Shown piece by piece: positions 10,901 through 25,800 of a stretch of DNA of 64,000 nucleotides. The DNA comes from Nemertoderma westbladi (lineage: Eukaryota > Animalia > Xenacoelomorpha): contig JAUCBJ010004934.1 of NCBI GenBank assembly GCA_032718475.1, positions 62,001-126,000 of the forward strand, in the 5' to 3' direction. Every line of letters starts with the position of its first letter. Position 1 is the stretch's first letter. The position numbers were made by a program, and so were the translations under genes. The notes below the pieces were generated by a model that had not been told where the DNA came from, did no database searches, and saw nothing but the letters and a program-made list of their open reading frames with translations.

Positions 10901-13900
10901 CTAAAAATAAAGTAACTATATCAACACAGTTTGGGTACAGTCTAGAACTTTCATTATATTTGCTACTAAAAATAAAGTAACTATATCAACATAGTTTGGG
11001 TACAGTCTAGAACTTTCATTATATTTGCTACTAAAAATAAAGTAACTATATCAACATAGTTTGGGTACAGTCTAGAACTTTCATTATATTTGCTACTAAA
11101 AATAAAGTAACTATATCAACACAGTTTGGGTACAGTCTAGAACTTTCATTATATTTGCTACTAAAAATAAAGTAACTATATCAACACAGTTTGGGTACAG
11201 TCTAGAACTTTCATTATATTTGCTACTAAAAATAAAGTAACTATATCAACACAGTTTGGGTACAGTCTAGAACTTTCATTATATTTGCTACTAAAAATAA
11301 AGTAACTATATCAACATAGTTTGGGTACAGTCTAGAACTTTCATTATATTTGCTACTAAAAATAAAGTAACTATATCAACATAGTTTGGGTACAGTCTAG
11401 AACTTTCATTATATTTGCTACTAAAAATAAAGTAACTATATCAACACAGTTTGGGTACAGTCTAGAACTTTCATTATATTTGCTACTAAAAATAAAGTAA
11501 CTATATCAACACAGTTTGGGTACAGTCTAGAACTTTCATTATATTTGCTACTAAAAATAAAGTAACTATATCAACATAGTTTGGGTACAGTCTAGAACTT
11601 TCATTATATTTGCTACTAAAAATTACTGAGAGCGAGAATAACATTATATTTGCTACTAAAAATAAAGTAACTATATCAACATAGTTTGGGTACAGTCTAG
11701 AACTTTCATTATATTTGCTACTAAAAATAAAGTAACTATATCAACATAGTTTGGGTACAGTCTAGAACTTTCATTATATTTGCTACTAAAAATAAAGTAA
11801 CTATATCAACATAGTTTGGGTACAGTCTAGAACTTTCATTATATTTGCTACTAAAAATAAAGTAACTATATCAACACAGTTTGGGTACAGTCTAGAACTT
11901 TCATTATATTTGCTACTAAAAATAAAGTAACTATATCAACACAGTTTGGGTACAGTCTAGAACTTTCATTATATTTGCTACTAAAAATAAAGTAACTATA
12001 TCAACATAGTTTGGGTACAGTCTAGAACTTTCATTATATTTGCTACTAAAAATTACTGAGAGCGAGAATAACATTATATTTGCTACTAAAAATAAAGTAA
12101 CTATATCAACACAGTTTGGTTACAGTCTAGAACTTTCATTATATTTGCTACTAAAAATAAAGTAACTATATCAACACAGTTTGGGTACAGTCTAGAACTT
12201 TCATTATATTTGCTACTAAAAATTACCGAGAGCGAGAATAACATTATATTTGCTACTAAAAATAAAGTAACTATATCAACACAGTTTGGGTACAGTCTAG
12301 AACTTTCATTATATTTGCTACTAAAAATAAAGTAACTATATCAACATAGTTTGGTTACAGTCTAGAACTTTCATTATATTTGCTACTAAAAATAAAGTAA
12401 CTATATCAACACAGTTTGGTTACAGTCTAGAACTTTCATTATATTTGCTACTAAAAATAAAGTAACTATATCAACACAGTTTGGGTACAGTCTAGAACTT
12501 TCATTATATTTGCTACTAAAAATAAAGTAACTATATCAACATAGTTTGGTTACAGTCTAGAACTTTCATTATATTTGCTACTAAAAATAAAGTAACTATA
12601 TCAACACAGTTTGGGTACAGTCTAGAACTTTCATTATATTTGCTACTAAAAATAAAGTAACTATATCAACATAGTTTGGGTACAGTCTAGAACTTTCATT
12701 ATATTTGCTACTAAAAATAAAGTAACTATATCAACATAGTTTGGGTACAGTCTAGAACTTTCATTATATTTGCTACTAAAAATAAAGTAACTATATCAAC
12801 ATAGTTTGGGTACAGTCTAGAACTTTCATTATATTTGCTACTAAAAATAAAGTAACTATATCAACATAGTTTGGGTACAGTCTAGAACTTTCATTATATT
12901 TGCTACTAAAAATAAAGTAACTATATCAACATAGTTTGGGTACAGTCTAGAACTTTCATTATATTTGCTACTAAAAATAAAGTAACTATATCAACATAGT
13001 TTGGGTACAGTCTAGAACTTTCATTATATTTGCTACTAAAAATTACCGAGAGCGAGAATAACATTATATTTGCTACTAAAAATAAAGTAACTATATCAAC
13101 ATAGTTTGGGTACAGTCTAGAACTTTCATTATATTTGCTACTAAAAATAAAGTAACTATATCAACACAGTTTGGGTACAGTCTAGAACTTTCATTATATT
13201 TGCTACTAAAAATAAAGTAACTATATCAACATAGTTTGGGTACAGTCTAGAACTTTCATTATATTTGCTACTAAAAATAAAGTAACTATATCAACATAGT
13301 TTGGGTACAGTCTAGAACTTTCATTATATTTGCTACTAAAAATAAAGTAACTATATCAACACAGTTTGGGTACAGTCTAGAACTTTCATTATATTTGCTA
13401 CTAAAAATAAAGTAACTATATCAACATAGTTTGGGTACAGTCTAGAACTTTCATTATATTTGCTACTAAAAATAAAGTAACTATATCAACATAGTTTGGG
13501 TACAGTCTAGAACTTTCATTATATTTGCTACTAAAAATAAAGTAACTATATCAACACAGTTTGGGTACAGTCTAGAACTTTCATTATATTTGCTACTAAA
13601 AATAAAGTAACTATATCAACATAGTTTGGGTACAGTCTAGAACTTTCATTATATTTGCTACTAAAAATAAAGTAACTATATCAACATAGTTTGGGTACAG
13701 TCTAGAACTTTCATTATATTTGCTACTAAAAATAAAGTAACTATATCAACACAGTTTGGGTACAGTCTAGAACTTTCATTATATTTGCTACTAAAAATAA
13801 AGTAACTATATCAACATAGTTTGGGTACAGTCTAGAACTTTCATTATATTTGCTACTAAAAATAAAGTAACTATATCAACATAGTTTGGGTACAGTCTAG

Positions 13901-16900
13901 AACTTTCATTATATTTGCTACTAAAAATAAAGTAACTATATCAACATAGTTTGGGTACAGTCTAGAACTTTCATTATATTTGCTACTAAAAATAAAGTAA
14001 CTATATCAACATAGTTTGGGTACAGTCTAGAACTTTCATTATATTTGCTACTAAAAATTACCGAGAGCGAGAATAACATTATATTTGCTACTAAAAATAA
14101 AGTAACTATATCAACATAGTTTGGGTACAGTCTAGAACTTTCATTATATTTGCTACTAAAAATAAAGTAACTATATCAACACAGTTTGGGTACAGTCTAG
14201 AACTTTCATTATATTTGCTACTAAAAATTACTGAGAGCGAGAATAACATTATATTTGCTACTAAAAATAAAGTAACTATATCAACATAGTTTGGGTACAG
14301 TCTAGAACTTTCATTATATTTGCTACTAAAAATAAAGTAACTATATCAACACAGTTTGGGTACAGTCTAGAACTTTCATTATATTTGCTACTAAAAATAA
14401 AGTAACTATATCAACACAGTTTGGGTACAGTCTAGAACTTTCATTATATTTGCTACTAAAAATTACTGAGAGCGAGAATAACATTATATTTGCTACTAAA
14501 AATAAAGTAACTATATCAACATAGTTTGGGTACAGTCTAGAACTTTCATTATATTTGCTACTAAAAATTACTGAGAGCGAGAATAACATTATATTTGCTA
14601 CTAAAAATAAAGTAACTATATCAACACAGTTTGGGTACAGTCTAGAACTTTCATTATATTTGCTACTAAAAATTACCGAGAGCGAGAATAACATTATATT
14701 TGCTACTAAAAATAAAGTAACTATATCAACACAGTTTGGGTACAGTCTAGAACTTTCATTATATTTGCTACTAAAAATAAAGTAACTATATCAACACAGT
14801 TTGGGTACAGTCTAGAACTTTCATTATATTTGCTACTAAAAATAAAGTAACTATATCAACACAGTTTGGGTACAGTCTAGAACTTTCATTATATTTGCTA
14901 CTAAAAATAAAGTAACTATATCAACACAGTTTGGGTACAGTCTAGAACTTTCATTATATTTGCTACTAAAAATTACCGAGAGCGAGAATAACATTATATT
15001 TGCTACTAAAAATAAAGTAACTATATCAACATAGTTTGGGTACAGTCTAGAACTTTCATTATATTTGCTACTAAAAATAAAGTAACTATATCAACATAGT
15101 TTGGGTACAGTCTAGAACTTTCATTATATTTGCTACTAAAAATTACTGAGAGCGAGAATAACATTATATTTGCTACTAAAAATAAAGTAACTATATCAAC
15201 ACAGTTTGGGTACAGTCTAGAACTTTCATTATATTTGCTGTTAAAAATAAAGTAACTATATCAACATAGTTTGGGTACAGTCTATAACTTTCATTATATT
15301 TGCTACTAAAAATAAAGTAACTATATCAACATAGTTTGGGTACAGTCTATAACTTTCATTATATTTGCTACTAAAAATAAAGTAACTATATCAACACAGT
15401 TTGGGTACAGTCTAGAACTTTCATTATATTTGCTACTAAAAATTACTGAGAGCGAGAATAACATTATATTTGCTACTAAAAATAAAGTAACTATATCAAC
15501 ATAGTTTGGGTACAGTCTAGAACTTTCATTATATTTGCTACTAAAAATAAAGTAACTATATCAACACAGTTTGGGTACAGTCTAGAACTTTCATTATATT
15601 TGCTACTAAAAATTACTGAGAGCGAGAATAACATTATATTTGCTACTAAAAATAAAGTAACTATATCAACACAGTTTGGGTACAGTCTAGAACTTTCATT
15701 ATATTTGCTACTAAAAATTACCGAGAGCGAGAATAACATTATATTTGCTACTAAAAATAAAGTAACTATATCAACATAGTTTGGGTACAGTCTAGAACTT
15801 TCATTATATTTGCTACTAAAAATAAAGTAACTATATCAACATAGTTTGGGTACAGTCTAGAACTTTCATTATATTTGCTACTAAAAATAAAGTAACTATA
15901 TCAACATAGTTTGGGTACAGTCTAGAACTTTCATTATATTTGCTACTAAAAATAAAGTAACTATATCAACACAGTTTGGGTACAGTCTAGAACTTTCATT
16001 ATATTTGCTACTAAAAATAAAGTAACTATATCAACACAGTTTGGGTACAGTCTAGAACTTTCATTATATTTGCTACTAAAAATAAAGTAACTATATCAAC
16101 ACAGTTTGGGTACAGTCTAGAACTTTCATTATATTTGCTACTAAAAATTACCGAGAGCGAGAATAACATTATATTTGCTACTAAAAATAAAGTAACTATA
16201 TCAACATAGTTTGGGTACAGTCTAGAACTTTCATTATATTTGCTACTAAAAATAAAGTAACTATATCAACACAGTTTGGGTACAGTCTAGAACTTTCATT
16301 ATATTTGCTACTAAAAATTACTGAGAGCGAGAATAACATTATATTTGCTACTAAAAATAAAGTAACTATATCAACACAGTTTGGGTACAGTCTAGAACTT
16401 TCATTATATTTGCTACTAAAAATTACTGAGAGCGAGAATAACATTATATTTGCTACTAAAAATAAAGTAACTATATCAACACAGTTTGGGTACAGTCTAG
16501 AACTTTCATTATATTTGCTACTAAAAATTACCGAGAGCGAGAATAACATTATATTTGCTACTAAAAATAAAGTAACTATATCAACATAGTTTGGGTACAG
16601 TCTAGAACTTTCATTATATTTGCTACTAAAAATTACTGAGAGCGAGAATAACATTATATTTGCTACTAAAAATAAAGTAACTATATCAACACAGTTTGGG
16701 TACAGTCTAGAACTTTCATTATATTTGCTACTAAAAATTACTGAGAGCGAGAATAACATTATATTTGCTACTAAAAATAAAGTAACTATATCAACATAGT
16801 TTGGGTACAGTCTAGAACTTTCATTATATTTGCTACTAAAAATAAAGTAACTATATCAACACAGTTTGGGTACAGTCTAGAACTTTCATTATATTTGCTA

Positions 16901-18554
16901 CTAAAAATTACCGAGAGCGAGAATAACATTATATTTGCTACTAAAAATAAAGTAACTATATCAACATAGTTTGGGTACAGTCTAGAACTTTCATTATATT
17001 TGCTACTAAAAATAAAGTAACTATATCAACACAGTTTGGGTACAGTCTAGAACTTTCATTATATTTGCTACTAAAAATTACTGAGAGCGAGAATAACATT
17101 ATATTTGCTACTAAAAATAAAGTAACTATATCAACACAGTTTGGGTACAGTCTAGAACTTTCATTATATTTGCTGTTAAAAATAAAGTAACTATATCAAC
17201 ACAGTTTGGGTACAGTCTAGAACTTTCATTATATTTGCTACTAAAAATAAAGTAACTATATCAACACAGTTTGGGTACAGTCTAGAACTTTCATTATATT
17301 TGCTACTAAAAATTACTGAGAGCGAGAATAACATTATATTTGCTACTAAAAATAAAGTAACTATATCAACATAGTTTGGGTACAGTCTAGAACTTTCATT
17401 ATATTTGCTACTAAAAATAAAGTAACTATATCAACACAGTTTGGGTACAGTCTAGAACTTTCATTATATTTGCTACTAAAAATTACCGAGAGCGAGAATA
17501 ACATTATATTTGCTACTAAAAATAAAGTAACTATATCAACATAGTTTGGGTACAGTCTAGAACTTTCATTATATTTGCTACTAAAAATAAAGTAACTATA
17601 TCAACACAGTTTGGGTACAGTCTAGAACTTTCATTATATTTGCTACTAAAAATAAAGTAACTATATCAACACAGTTTGGGTACAGTCTAGAACTTTCATT
17701 ATATTTGCTACTAAAAATTACTGAGAGCGAGAATAACATTATATTTGCTACTAAAAATAAAGTAACTATATCAACATAGTTTGGGTACAGTCTAGAACTT
17801 TCATTATATTTGCTACTAAAAATAAAGTAACTATATCAACACAGTTTGGGTACAGTCTAGAACTTTCATTATATTTGCTACTAAAAATTACCGAGAGCGA
17901 GAATAACATTATATTTGCTACTAAAAATAAAGTAACTATATCAACACAGTTTGGGTACAGTCTAGAACTTTCATTATATTTGCTGTTAAAAATAAAGTAA
18001 CTATATCAACACAGTTTGGGTACAGTCTAGAACTTTCATTATATTTGCTACTAAAAATAAAGTAACTATATCAACACAGTTTGGGTACAGTCTAGAACTT
18101 TCATTATATTTGCTACTAAAAATTACTGAGAGCGAGAATAACATTATATTTGCTACTAAAAATAAAGTAACTATATCAACACAGTTTGGGTACAGTCTAG
18201 AACTTTCATTATATTTGCTGTTAAAAATAAAGTAACTATATCAACACAGTTTGGGTACAGTCTAGAACTTTCATTATATTTGCTACTAAAAATAAAGTAA
18301 CTATATCAACATAGTTTGGGTACAGTCTAGAACTTTCATTATATTTGCTACTAAAAATAAAGTAACTATATCAACACAGTTTGGGTACAGTCTAGAACTT
18401 TCATTATATTTGCTGTTAAAAATAAAGTAACTATATCAACACAGTTTGGGTACAGTCTAGAACTTTCATTATATTTGCTGTTAAAAATAAAGTAACTATA
18501 TCAACACAGTTTGGGTACAGTCTAGAACTTTCATTATATTTGCTACTAAAAATA

Positions 18555-19814
18555 AAGTAACTATATCAACATAGTTTGGGTACAGTCTAGAACTTTCATT
18601 ATATTTGCTACTAAAAATTACTGAGAGCGAGAATAACATTATATTTGCTACTAAAAATAAAGTAACTATATCAACATAGTTTGGGTACAGTCTAGAACTT
18701 TCATTATATTTGCTACTAAAAATTACTGAGAGCGAGAATAACATTATATTTGCTACTAAAAATAAAGTAACTATATCAACACAGTTTGGGTACAGTCTAG
18801 AACTTTCATTATATTTGCTACTAAAAATAACCGAGAGCGAGAATAACATTATATTTGCTACTAAAAATAAAGTAACTATATCAACACAGTTTGGGTACAG
18901 TCTAGAACTTTCATTATATTTGCTACTAAAAATTACTGAGAGCGAGAATAACATTATATTTGCTACTAAAAATAAAGTAACTATATCAACACAGTTTGGG
19001 TACAGTCTAGAACTTTCATTATATTTGCTACTAAAAATTACTGAGAGCGAGAATAACATTATATTTGCTACTAAAAATAAAGTAACTATATCAACACAGT
19101 TTGGGTACAGTCTAGAACTTTCATTATATTTGCTACTAAAAATTACTGAGAGCGAGAATAACATTATATTTGCTACTAAAAATAAAGTAACTATATCAAC
19201 ACAGTTTGGGTACAGTCTAGAACTTTCATTATATTTGCTACTAAAAATTACTGAGAGCGAGAATAACATTATATTTGCTACTAAAAATAAAGTAACTATA
19301 TCAACACAGTTTGGGTACAGTCTAGAACTTTCATTATATTTGCTACTAAAAATTACTGAGAGCGAGAATAACATTATATTTGCTACTAAAAATAAAGTAA
19401 CTATATCAACACAGTTTGGGTACAGTCTAGAACTTTCATTATATTTGCTACTAAAAATTACTGAGAGCGAGAATAACATTATATTTGCTACTAAAAATAA
19501 AGTAACTATATCAACACAGTTTGGGTACAGTCTAGAACTTTCATTATATTTGCTACTAAAAATTACTGAGAGCGAGAATAACATTATATTTGCTACTAAA
19601 AATAAAGTAACTATATCAACACAGTTTGGGTACAGTCTAGAACTTTCATTATATTTGCTACTAAAAATTACTGAGAGCGAGAATAACATTATATTTGCTA
19701 CTAAAAATAAAGTAACTATATCAACACAGTTTGGGTACAGTCTAGAACTTTCATTATATTTGCTACTAAAAATTACTGAGAGCGAGAATAACATTATATT
19801 TGCTACTAAAAATA
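18555..19814. repeat. 105-bp higher-order repeat (AB) x12
   Basis: Twelve B units at 105-bp spacing; this run produces the 432-aa and 391-aa repetitive ORFs. Confidence 0.93.
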
Positions 19815-22800
19815 AAGTAACTATATCAACACAGTTTGGGTACAGTCTAGAACTTTCATTATATTTGCTACTAAAAATAAAGTAACTATATCAACATAGT
19901 TTGGGTACAGTCTAGAACTTTCATTATATTTGCTACTAAAAATAAAGTAACTATATCAACATAGTTTGGGTACAGTCTAGAACTTTCATTATATTTGCTA
20001 CTAAAAATAAAGTAACTATATCAACACAGTTTGGGTACAGTCTAGAACTTTCATTATATTTGCTACTAAAAATTACTGAGAGCGAGAATAACATTATATT
20101 TGCTACTAAAAATAAAGTAACTATATCAACACAGTTTGGGTACAGTCTAGAACTTTCATTATATTTGCTACTAAAAATAAAGTAACTATATCAACATAGT
20201 TTGGGTACAGTCTAGAACTTTCATTATATTTGCTACTAAAAATAAAGTAACTATATCAACACAGTTTGGGTACAGTCTAGAACTTTCATTATATTTGCTA
20301 CTAAAAATAAAGTAACTATATCAACACAGTTTGGGTACAGTCTAGAACTTTCATTATATTTGCTACTAAAAATAACCGAGAGCGAGAATAACATTATATT
20401 TGCTACTAAAAATAAAGTAACTATATCAACACAGTTTGGGTACAGTCTAGAACTTTCATTATATTTGCTACTAAAAATTACCGAGAGCGAGAATAACATT
20501 ATATTTGCTACTAAAAATAAAGTAACTATATCAACATAGTTTGGGTACAGTCTAGAACTTTCATTATATTTGCTACTAAAAATAACCGAGAGCGAGAATA
20601 ACATTATATTTGCTACTAAAAATAAAGTAACTATATCAACATAGTTTGGGTACAGTCTAGAACTTTCATTATATTTGCTACTAAAAATAAAGTAACTATA
20701 TCAACACAGTTTGGGTACAGTCTAGAACTTTCATTATATTTGCTACTAAAAATAAAGTAACTATATCAACATAGTTTGGGTACAGTCTAGAACTTTCATT
20801 ATATTTGCTGTTAAAAATAAAGTAACTATATCAACACAGTTTGGGTACAGTCTAGAACTTTCATTATATTTGCTGTTAAAAATAAAGTAACTATATCAAC
20901 ATAGTTTGGGTACAGTCTAGAACTTTCATTATATTTGCTGTTAAAAATAAAGTAACTATATCAACATAGTTTGGGTACAGTCTAGAACTTTCATTATATT
21001 TGCTGTTAAAAATAAAGTAACTATATCAACACAGTTTGGGTACAGTCTAGAACTTTCATTATATTTGCTGTTAAAAATAAAGTAACTATATCAACATAGT
21101 TTGGGTACAGTCTAGAACTTTCATTATATTTGCTACTAAAAATAAAGTAACTATATCAACATAGTTTGGGTACAGTCTAGAACTTTCATTATATTTGCTG
21201 TTAAAAATAAAGTAACTATATCAACACAGTTTGGGTACAGTCTAGAACTTTCATTATATTTGCTGTTAAAAATAAAGTAACTATATCAACATAGTTTGGG
21301 TACAGTCTAGAACTTTCATTATATTTGCTACTAAAAATAAAGTAACTATATCAACATAGTTTGGGTACAGTCTAGAACTTTCATTATATTTGCTGTTAAA
21401 AATAAAGTAACTATATCAACACAGTTTGGGTACAGTCTAGAACTTTCATTATATTTGCTGTTAAAAATAAAGTAACTATATCAACACAGTTTGGGTACAG
21501 TCTAGAACTTTCATTATATTTGCTACTAAAAATTACTGAGAGCGAGAATAACATTATATTTGCTACTAAAAATAAAGTAACTATATCAACACAGTTTGGG
21601 TACAGTCTAGAACTTTCATTATATTTGCTACTAAAAATAAAGTAACTATATCAACACAGTTTGGGTACAGTCTAGAACTTTCATTATATTTGCTACTAAA
21701 AATAAAGTAACTATATCAACATAGTTTGGGTACAGTCTAGAACTTTCATTATATTTGCTGTTAAAAATAAAGTAACTATATCAACACAGTTTGGGTACAG
21801 TCTAGAACTTTCATTATATTTGCTACTAAAAATAAAGTAACTATATCAACATAGTTTGGGTACAGTCTAGAACTTTCATTATATTTGCTGTTAAAAATAA
21901 AGTAACTATATCAACACAGTTTGGGTACAGTCTAGAACTTTCATTATATTTGCTACTAAAAATAAAGTAACTATATCAACATAGTTTGGGTACAGTCTAG
22001 AACTTTCATTATATTTGCTACTAAAAATAAAGTAACTATATCAACACAGTTTGGGTACAGTCTAGAACTTTCATTATATTTGCTACTAAAAATAAAGTAA
22101 CTATATCAACATAGTTTGGGTACAGTCTAGAACTTTCATTATATTTGCTGTTAAAAATAAAGTAACTATATCAACACAGTTTGGGTACAGTCTAGAACTT
22201 TCATTATATTTGCTACTAAAAATAAAGTAACTATATCAACATAGTTTGGGTACAGTCTAGAACTTTCATTATATTTGCTACTAAAAATTACTGAGAGCGA
22301 GAATAACATTATATTTGCTACTAAAAATAAAGTAACTATATCAACATAGTTTGGGTACAGTCTAGAACTTTCATTATATTTGCTACTAAAAATTACTGAG
22401 AGCGAGAATAACATTATATTTGCTACTAAAAATAAAGTAACTATATCAACACAGTTTGGGTACAGTCTAGAACTTTCATTATATTTGCTACTAAAAATAA
22501 AGTAACTATATCAACATAGTTTGGGTACAGTCTAGAACTTTCATTATATTTGCTACTAAAAATTACTGAGAGCGAGAATAACATTATATTTGCTACTAAA
22601 AATAAAGTAACTATATCAACACAGTTTGGGTACAGTCTAGAACTTTCATTATATTTGCTACTAAAAATAAAGTAACTATATCAACATAGTTTGGGTACAG
22701 TCTAGAACTTTCATTATATTTGCTGTTAAAAATAAAGTAACTATATCAACACAGTTTGGGTACAGTCTAGAACTTTCATTATATTTGCTGTTAAAAATAA

Positions 22801-25800
22801 AGTAACTATATCAACATAGTTTGGGTACAGTCTAGAACTTTCATTATATTTGCTACTAAAAATAAAGTAACTATATCAACATAGTTTGGGTACAGTCTAG
22901 AACTTTCATTATATTTGCTACTAAAAATAAAGTAACTATATCAACACAGTTTGGGTACAGTCTAGAACTTTCATTATATTTGCTACTAAAAATAAAGTAA
23001 CTATATCAACACAGTTTGGGTACAGTCTAGAACTTTCATTATATTTGCTACTAAAAATAAAGTAACTATATCAACATAGTTTGGGTACAGTCTAGAACTT
23101 TCATTATATTTGCTACTAAAAATAAAGTAACTATATCAACATAGTTTGGGTACAGTCTAGAACTTTCATTATATTTGCTACTAAAAATTACTGAGAGCGA
23201 GAATAACATTATATTTGCTACTAAAAATAAAGTAACTATATCAACATAGTTTGGGTACAGTCTAGAACTTTCATTATATTTGCTACTAAAAATTACTGAG
23301 AGCGAGAATAACATTATATTTGCTACTAAAAATAAAGTAACTATATCAACATAGTTTGGGTACAGTCTAGAACTTTCATTATATTTGCTACTAAAAATAA
23401 AGTAACTATATCAACATAGTTTGGGTACAGTCTAGAACTTTCATTATATTTGCTACTAAAAATAAAGTAACTATATCAACATAGTTTGGGTACAGTCTAG
23501 AACTTTCATTATATTTGCTACTAAAAATTACTGAGAGCGAGAATAACATTATATTTGCTACTAAAAATAAAGTAACTATATCAACATAGTTTGGGTACAG
23601 TCTAGAACTTTCATTATATTTGCTACTAAAAATTACTGAGAGCGAGAATAACATTATATTTGCTACTAAAAATAAAGTAACTATATCAACATAGTTTGGG
23701 TACAGTCTAGAACTTTCATTATATTAGCTACTAAAAATAAAGTAACTATATCAACACAGTTTGGGTACAGTCTAGAACTTTCATTATATTTGCTACTAAA
23801 AATAAAGTAACTATATCAACATAGTTTGGGTACAGTCTAGAACTTTCATTATATTAGCTACTAAAAATAAAGTAACTATATCAACATAGTTTGGTTACAG
23901 TCTAGAACTTTCATTATATTTGCTACTAAAAATAAAGTAACTATATCAACACAGTTTGGGTACAGTCTAGAACTTTCATTATATTAGCTACTAAAAATAA
24001 AGTAACTATATCAACACAGTTTGGGTACAGTCTAGAACTTTCATTATATTTGCTACTAAAAATTACTGAGAGCGAGAATAACATTATATTAGCTACTAAA
24101 AATAAAGTAACTATATCAACACAGTTTGGGTACAGTCTAGAACTTTCATTATATTTGCTACTAAAAATTACTGAGAGCGAGAATAACATTATATTAGCTA
24201 CTAAAAATAAAGTAACTATATCAACACAGTTTGGGTACAGTCTAGAACTTTCATTATATTAGCTACTAAAAATAAAGTAACTATATCAACACAGTTTGGG
24301 TACAGTCTAGAACTTTCATTATATTTGCTACTAAAAATAAAGTAACTATATCAACACAGTTTGGTTACAGTCTAGAACTTTCATTATATTTGCTACTAAA
24401 AATAAAGTAACTATATCAACACAGTTTGGGTACAGTCTAGAACTTTCATTATATTTGCTACTAAAAATAAAGTAACTATATCAACACAGTTTGGTTACAG
24501 TCTAGAACTTTCATTATATTTGCTACTAAAAATAAAGTAACTATATCAACACAGTTTGGGTACAGTCTAGAACTTTCATTATATTTGCTACTAAAAATAA
24601 AGTAACTATATCAACACAGTTTGGGTACAGTCTAGAACTTTCATTATATTTGCTACTAAAAATAAAGTAACTATATCAACACAGTTTGGTTACAGTCTAG
24701 AACTTTCATTATATTTGCTACTAAAAATAAAGTAACTATATCAACACAGTTTGGGTACAGTCTAGAACTTTCATTATATTAGCTACTAAAAATAAAGTAA
24801 CTATATCAACACAGTTTGGGTACAGTCTAGAACTTTCATTATATTTGCTACTAAAAATTACTGAGAGCGAGAATAACATTATATTTGCTACTAAAAATAA
24901 AGTAACTATATCAACATAGTTTGGGTACAGTCTAGAACTTTCATTATATTTGCTACTAAAAATAAAGTAACTATATCAACACAGTTTGGGTACAGTCTAG
25001 AACTTTCATTATATTTGCTACTAAAAATTACTGAGAGCGAGAATAACATTATATTTGCTACTAAAAATAAAGTAACTATATCAACATAGTTTGGGTACAG
25101 TCTAGAACTTTCATTATATTTGCTATTAAAAATAAAGTAACTATATCAACACAGTTTGGGTACAGTCTAGAACTTTCATTATATTTGCTACTAAAAATAA
25201 AGTAACTATATCAACATAGTTTGGGTACAGTCTAGAACTTTCATTATATTTGCTACTAAAAATAAAGTAACTATATCAACATAGTTTGGGTACAGTCTAG
25301 AACTTTCATTATATTTGCTACTAAAAATAAAGTAACTATATCAACACAGTTTGGGTACAGTCTAGAACTTTCATTATATTTGCTACTAAAAATAAAGTAA
25401 CTATATCAACACAGTTTGGGTACAGTCTAGAACTTTCATTATATTTGCTACTAAAAATAAAGTAACTATATCAACACAGTTTGGGTACAGTCTAGAACTT
25501 TCATTATATTTGCTACTAAAAATAAAGTAACTATATCAACATAGTTTGGGTACAGTCTAGAACTTTCATTATATTTGCTACTAAAAATTACTGAGAGCGA
25601 GAATAACATTATATTTGCTACTAAAAATAAAGTAACTATATCAACACAGTTTGGGTACAGTCTAGAACTTTCATTATATTTGCTACTAAAAATAAAGTAA
25701 CTATATCAACACAGTTTGGGTACAGTCTAGAACTTTCATTATATTTGCTACTAAAAATAAAGTAACTATATCAACATAGTTTGGGTACAGTCTAGAACTT

